Positions 62,376-64,000 of a stretch of DNA of 64,000 bases are shown here, in pieces. The DNA is taken from NCBI GenBank assembly GCA_016935355.1, contig JAFGRC010000009.1, positions 16,057 to 80,056 on the forward strand, in the 5' to 3' direction. The position numbers and the translations under genes were made by a program. Source of the stretch: Bacteroidales bacterium. Its GTDB lineage: Bacteria; Bacteroidota; Bacteroidia; Bacteroidales; UBA10428. Below the pieces are notes generated by a model. That model saw only the letters and a list, made by a program, of their open reading frames with translations, had not been told where the DNA came from and ran no database searches. Within the stretch, counting starts at the first letter, position 1; the number at the start of each line of letters is the position of its first letter.

Positions 62376-62798
62376 TCAATCCGGTTTACGCAAGGTGAAT
62401 GTAAAGGTATTGCTCAAACGGTCGCGCAATAAATACAATGTGAAATAATAAGGCAGCAGCACTGCAACAGAAATGAAACCGGCAATCCACTCTTCCTTTG
62501 TGAGCGCATTAAATAGCAAAAGTGTTATCATAAGCAGAAAGAGCGGAAGCACATATCCGAGCAAAACAGCTTTATTGCCCATGGAACGTTTCATCATAAC
62601 AGTAACGGTATCACCTGCAGAAAGTACCAGCGAACTGTCATCCGCCTCGATCGTTTTGTCCTTCATTTCAGACAGGGTGCAGAAGCTGCGGGCATGGCAA
62701 TTTCCACATGCAGAAAGCTGCCTGATCCGGATCAAAACCTTATGTCCGTTCACTTCTTCAACCGTTCCCTGCTGTTCAATACAGACTGTATCCTCCAT
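62376..62798 (-). CDS. RseC/MucC-like (SoxR-reducing system) small membrane protein, first gene of the rnf operon
   Basis: 140 aa. A Cys-containing N-terminal domain (ACGNCHARSFC) is followed by two TM helices. The gene ends 1 nt before rnfB. Confidence 0.7.
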   Translation of the reverse strand: MEDTVCIEQQGTVEEVNGHKVLIRIRQLSACGNCHARSFCTLSEMKDKTIEADDSSLVLSAGDTVTVMMKRSMGNKAVLLGYVLPLFLLMITLLLFNALTKEEWIAGFISVAVLLPYYFTLYLLRDRLSNTFTFTLRKPD

Positions 62799-63173
62799 GT
62801 TCCGAGAGCCCGCTTTTAAAAGGTGTAAAAATAATAAGGTTCAGAATTTCAAATCATGAAAAAAGTAAAATTTCAATAATTTAGAATTATTACAAATACG
62901 GATCAAATTCCGGTAAAACAAAACTAAGCTTAAATACTGAAAATGTGACCTTATTCACACGTCAGGTCTATATATGGCATATTTTTTGAAATATTAAAAA
63001 TAAGTGTTGGATCATAAGAAAGCAAGATGCCAATAAGGTTCTGTCATTTTATTTTCCGGCCCCAATATATTGTTGATCAGGTTATCTATCTGATTGTTAA
63101 ACATATGTTTCTTAAAATTTTCCGGTCGGAAATTATGACAGTAAACATTAACATTTAAAACACTGACTGGATC

Positions 63174-64000
63174 ATGAAAAGAATAATTGATACAGGAAAG
63201 CAGATCTTAAGGTATGGCTTAATTTTATTCTCCGTGTTCCTGTTAACGGAAACAGCCATACAGGCACAATACTTCAGCAGAAACAAACCTTCATACAAAA
63301 CATTTGATTTCAAGGTACTCCAGACTCCGCATTTTGAAATTTACCATTACTTTAAAAACGATTCGATGACGGACATCCTCGCACAATGGGCGGAAGAGTG
63401 GTACCAGATGCATCAACAATCATTCCGGGATACATTCTTCATGAGGAATCCGTTGATCATCTATGATAACCATGCTGATTTTCAACAGACCAATACAATA
63501 AGTGGACTGATTGGCGTGGGAACGGGTGGTGTGACCGAAAGCGTAAAAAACCGTGTAATCATACCTGCAGCTTCAACACTCTCACAAACAGATCATGTTC
63601 TGGGACATGAAATGGTCCATGCATTCCAGTTCAACCTGCTTTTGAACGCTGATTCAAGTATCGGCATGTCGTACAATAACATACCGCTATGGATGATCGA
63701 GGGTATGGCTGAATATTTTTCGATCGGAAGTGTGGATCCGAATACGGCCATGTGGATGCGGGATGCTCTTATAAATGAAGATTTTCCAACGCTCAAAGAT
63801 CTGTCAACCGACTACAGATATTTTCCCTACAGATATGGTCACGCGTTTTGGGCGATGGTTGGAAAGACCTGGGGAGATACTGTAATCCTGCCACTTTTTA
63901 AAGAAGCTGCCAGGTTCGGATACGATAGAGCGTTCAGGAATATCCTGGGACTCAATTCAGAAAATCTTTCATCCATGTGGAAAAGTTCGATGGAAACTCA
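63174..64000 (+). CDS. secreted zinc metallopeptidase (HExxH, MA-clan-like), 3'-partial; runs off the window
   Basis: Not in the supplied ORF track. The frame from the ATG at 63174 is open to the window end (275 codons by my translation). It has a signal-like N-terminus (ILRYGLILFSVFLLTETAIQAQ), HEMVH, and a downstream EGMAEY. Confidence 0.65.
   Translation, partial: MKRIIDTGKQILRYGLILFSVFLLTETAIQAQYFSRNKPSYKTFDFKVLQTPHFEIYHYFKNDSMTDILAQWAEEWYQMHQQSFRDTFFMRNPLIIYDNHADFQQTNTISGLIGVGTGGVTESVKNRVIIPAASTLSQTDHVLGHEMVHAFQFNLLLNADSSIGMSYNNIPLWMIEGMAEYFSIGSVDPNTAMWMRDALINEDFPTLKDLSTDYRYFPYRYGHAFWAMVGKTWGDTVILPLFKEAARFGYDRAFRNILGLNSENLSSMWKSSMET

Noticed and set aside
1-64000. Search for tRNA, rRNA, CRISPR arrays, transposases, integrases and phage genes.
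   Set aside because: No repeat-spacer periodicity, no T-loop/acceptor-stem candidates in intergenic regions (the GGTTCGAACC at ~49576 is inside metF), and no recombinase-like ORFs were seen. An eye scan cannot fully exclude small RNAs.

Overview
This is a chromosomal segment from a Bacteroidota genome. The phylum call rests on T9SS type-B CTD and PorP/SprF genes, DUF1573, GH97, an rseC-rnfBCDGEA operon and TAnnTTTG-type promoter motifs. Coding density is high and I found no rRNA, tRNA, CRISPR array or obvious mobile element. Most of the window is housekeeping: queA, threonine aldolase, msrB, carB, folE, hldD, sucAB, dapA, secA, icd, dnaX, metH-metF and the Rnf complex. The one clearly accessory block lies at about 10.4-21.5 kb. 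A long AT-rich leader precedes a same-strand run of four genes: a giant (about 2446 aa) secreted repeat protein, a 324-aa secreted protein, a 348-aa protein with a T9SS type-B C-terminal domain, and a PorP/SprF-family protein. The two upstream proteins have no recognisable T9SS CTD. They do end in the same extreme C-terminal motif (V-Y-x-x-P-x-T-G-P-x-Y-H-I-P-[DN]-N-x3-stop), which I cannot assign to any known sorting signal. This is my best candidate for something undescribed. Three other observations stand out:
- dnaX carries an A10 run at the domain III boundary, with stops in both alternate frames, which looks like a gamma/tau recoding site.
- A marR-ablA-ablB cassette (N-epsilon-acetyl-beta-lysine osmolyte synthesis) ends in a frameshifted, truncated sodium:solute symporter remnant that abuts metF.
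- A 5'-partial... rather 3'-truncated HExxH peptidase ORF at the window's 3' edge is missing from the ORF track.
All functional calls come from reading the translations for motifs. No database search was run.
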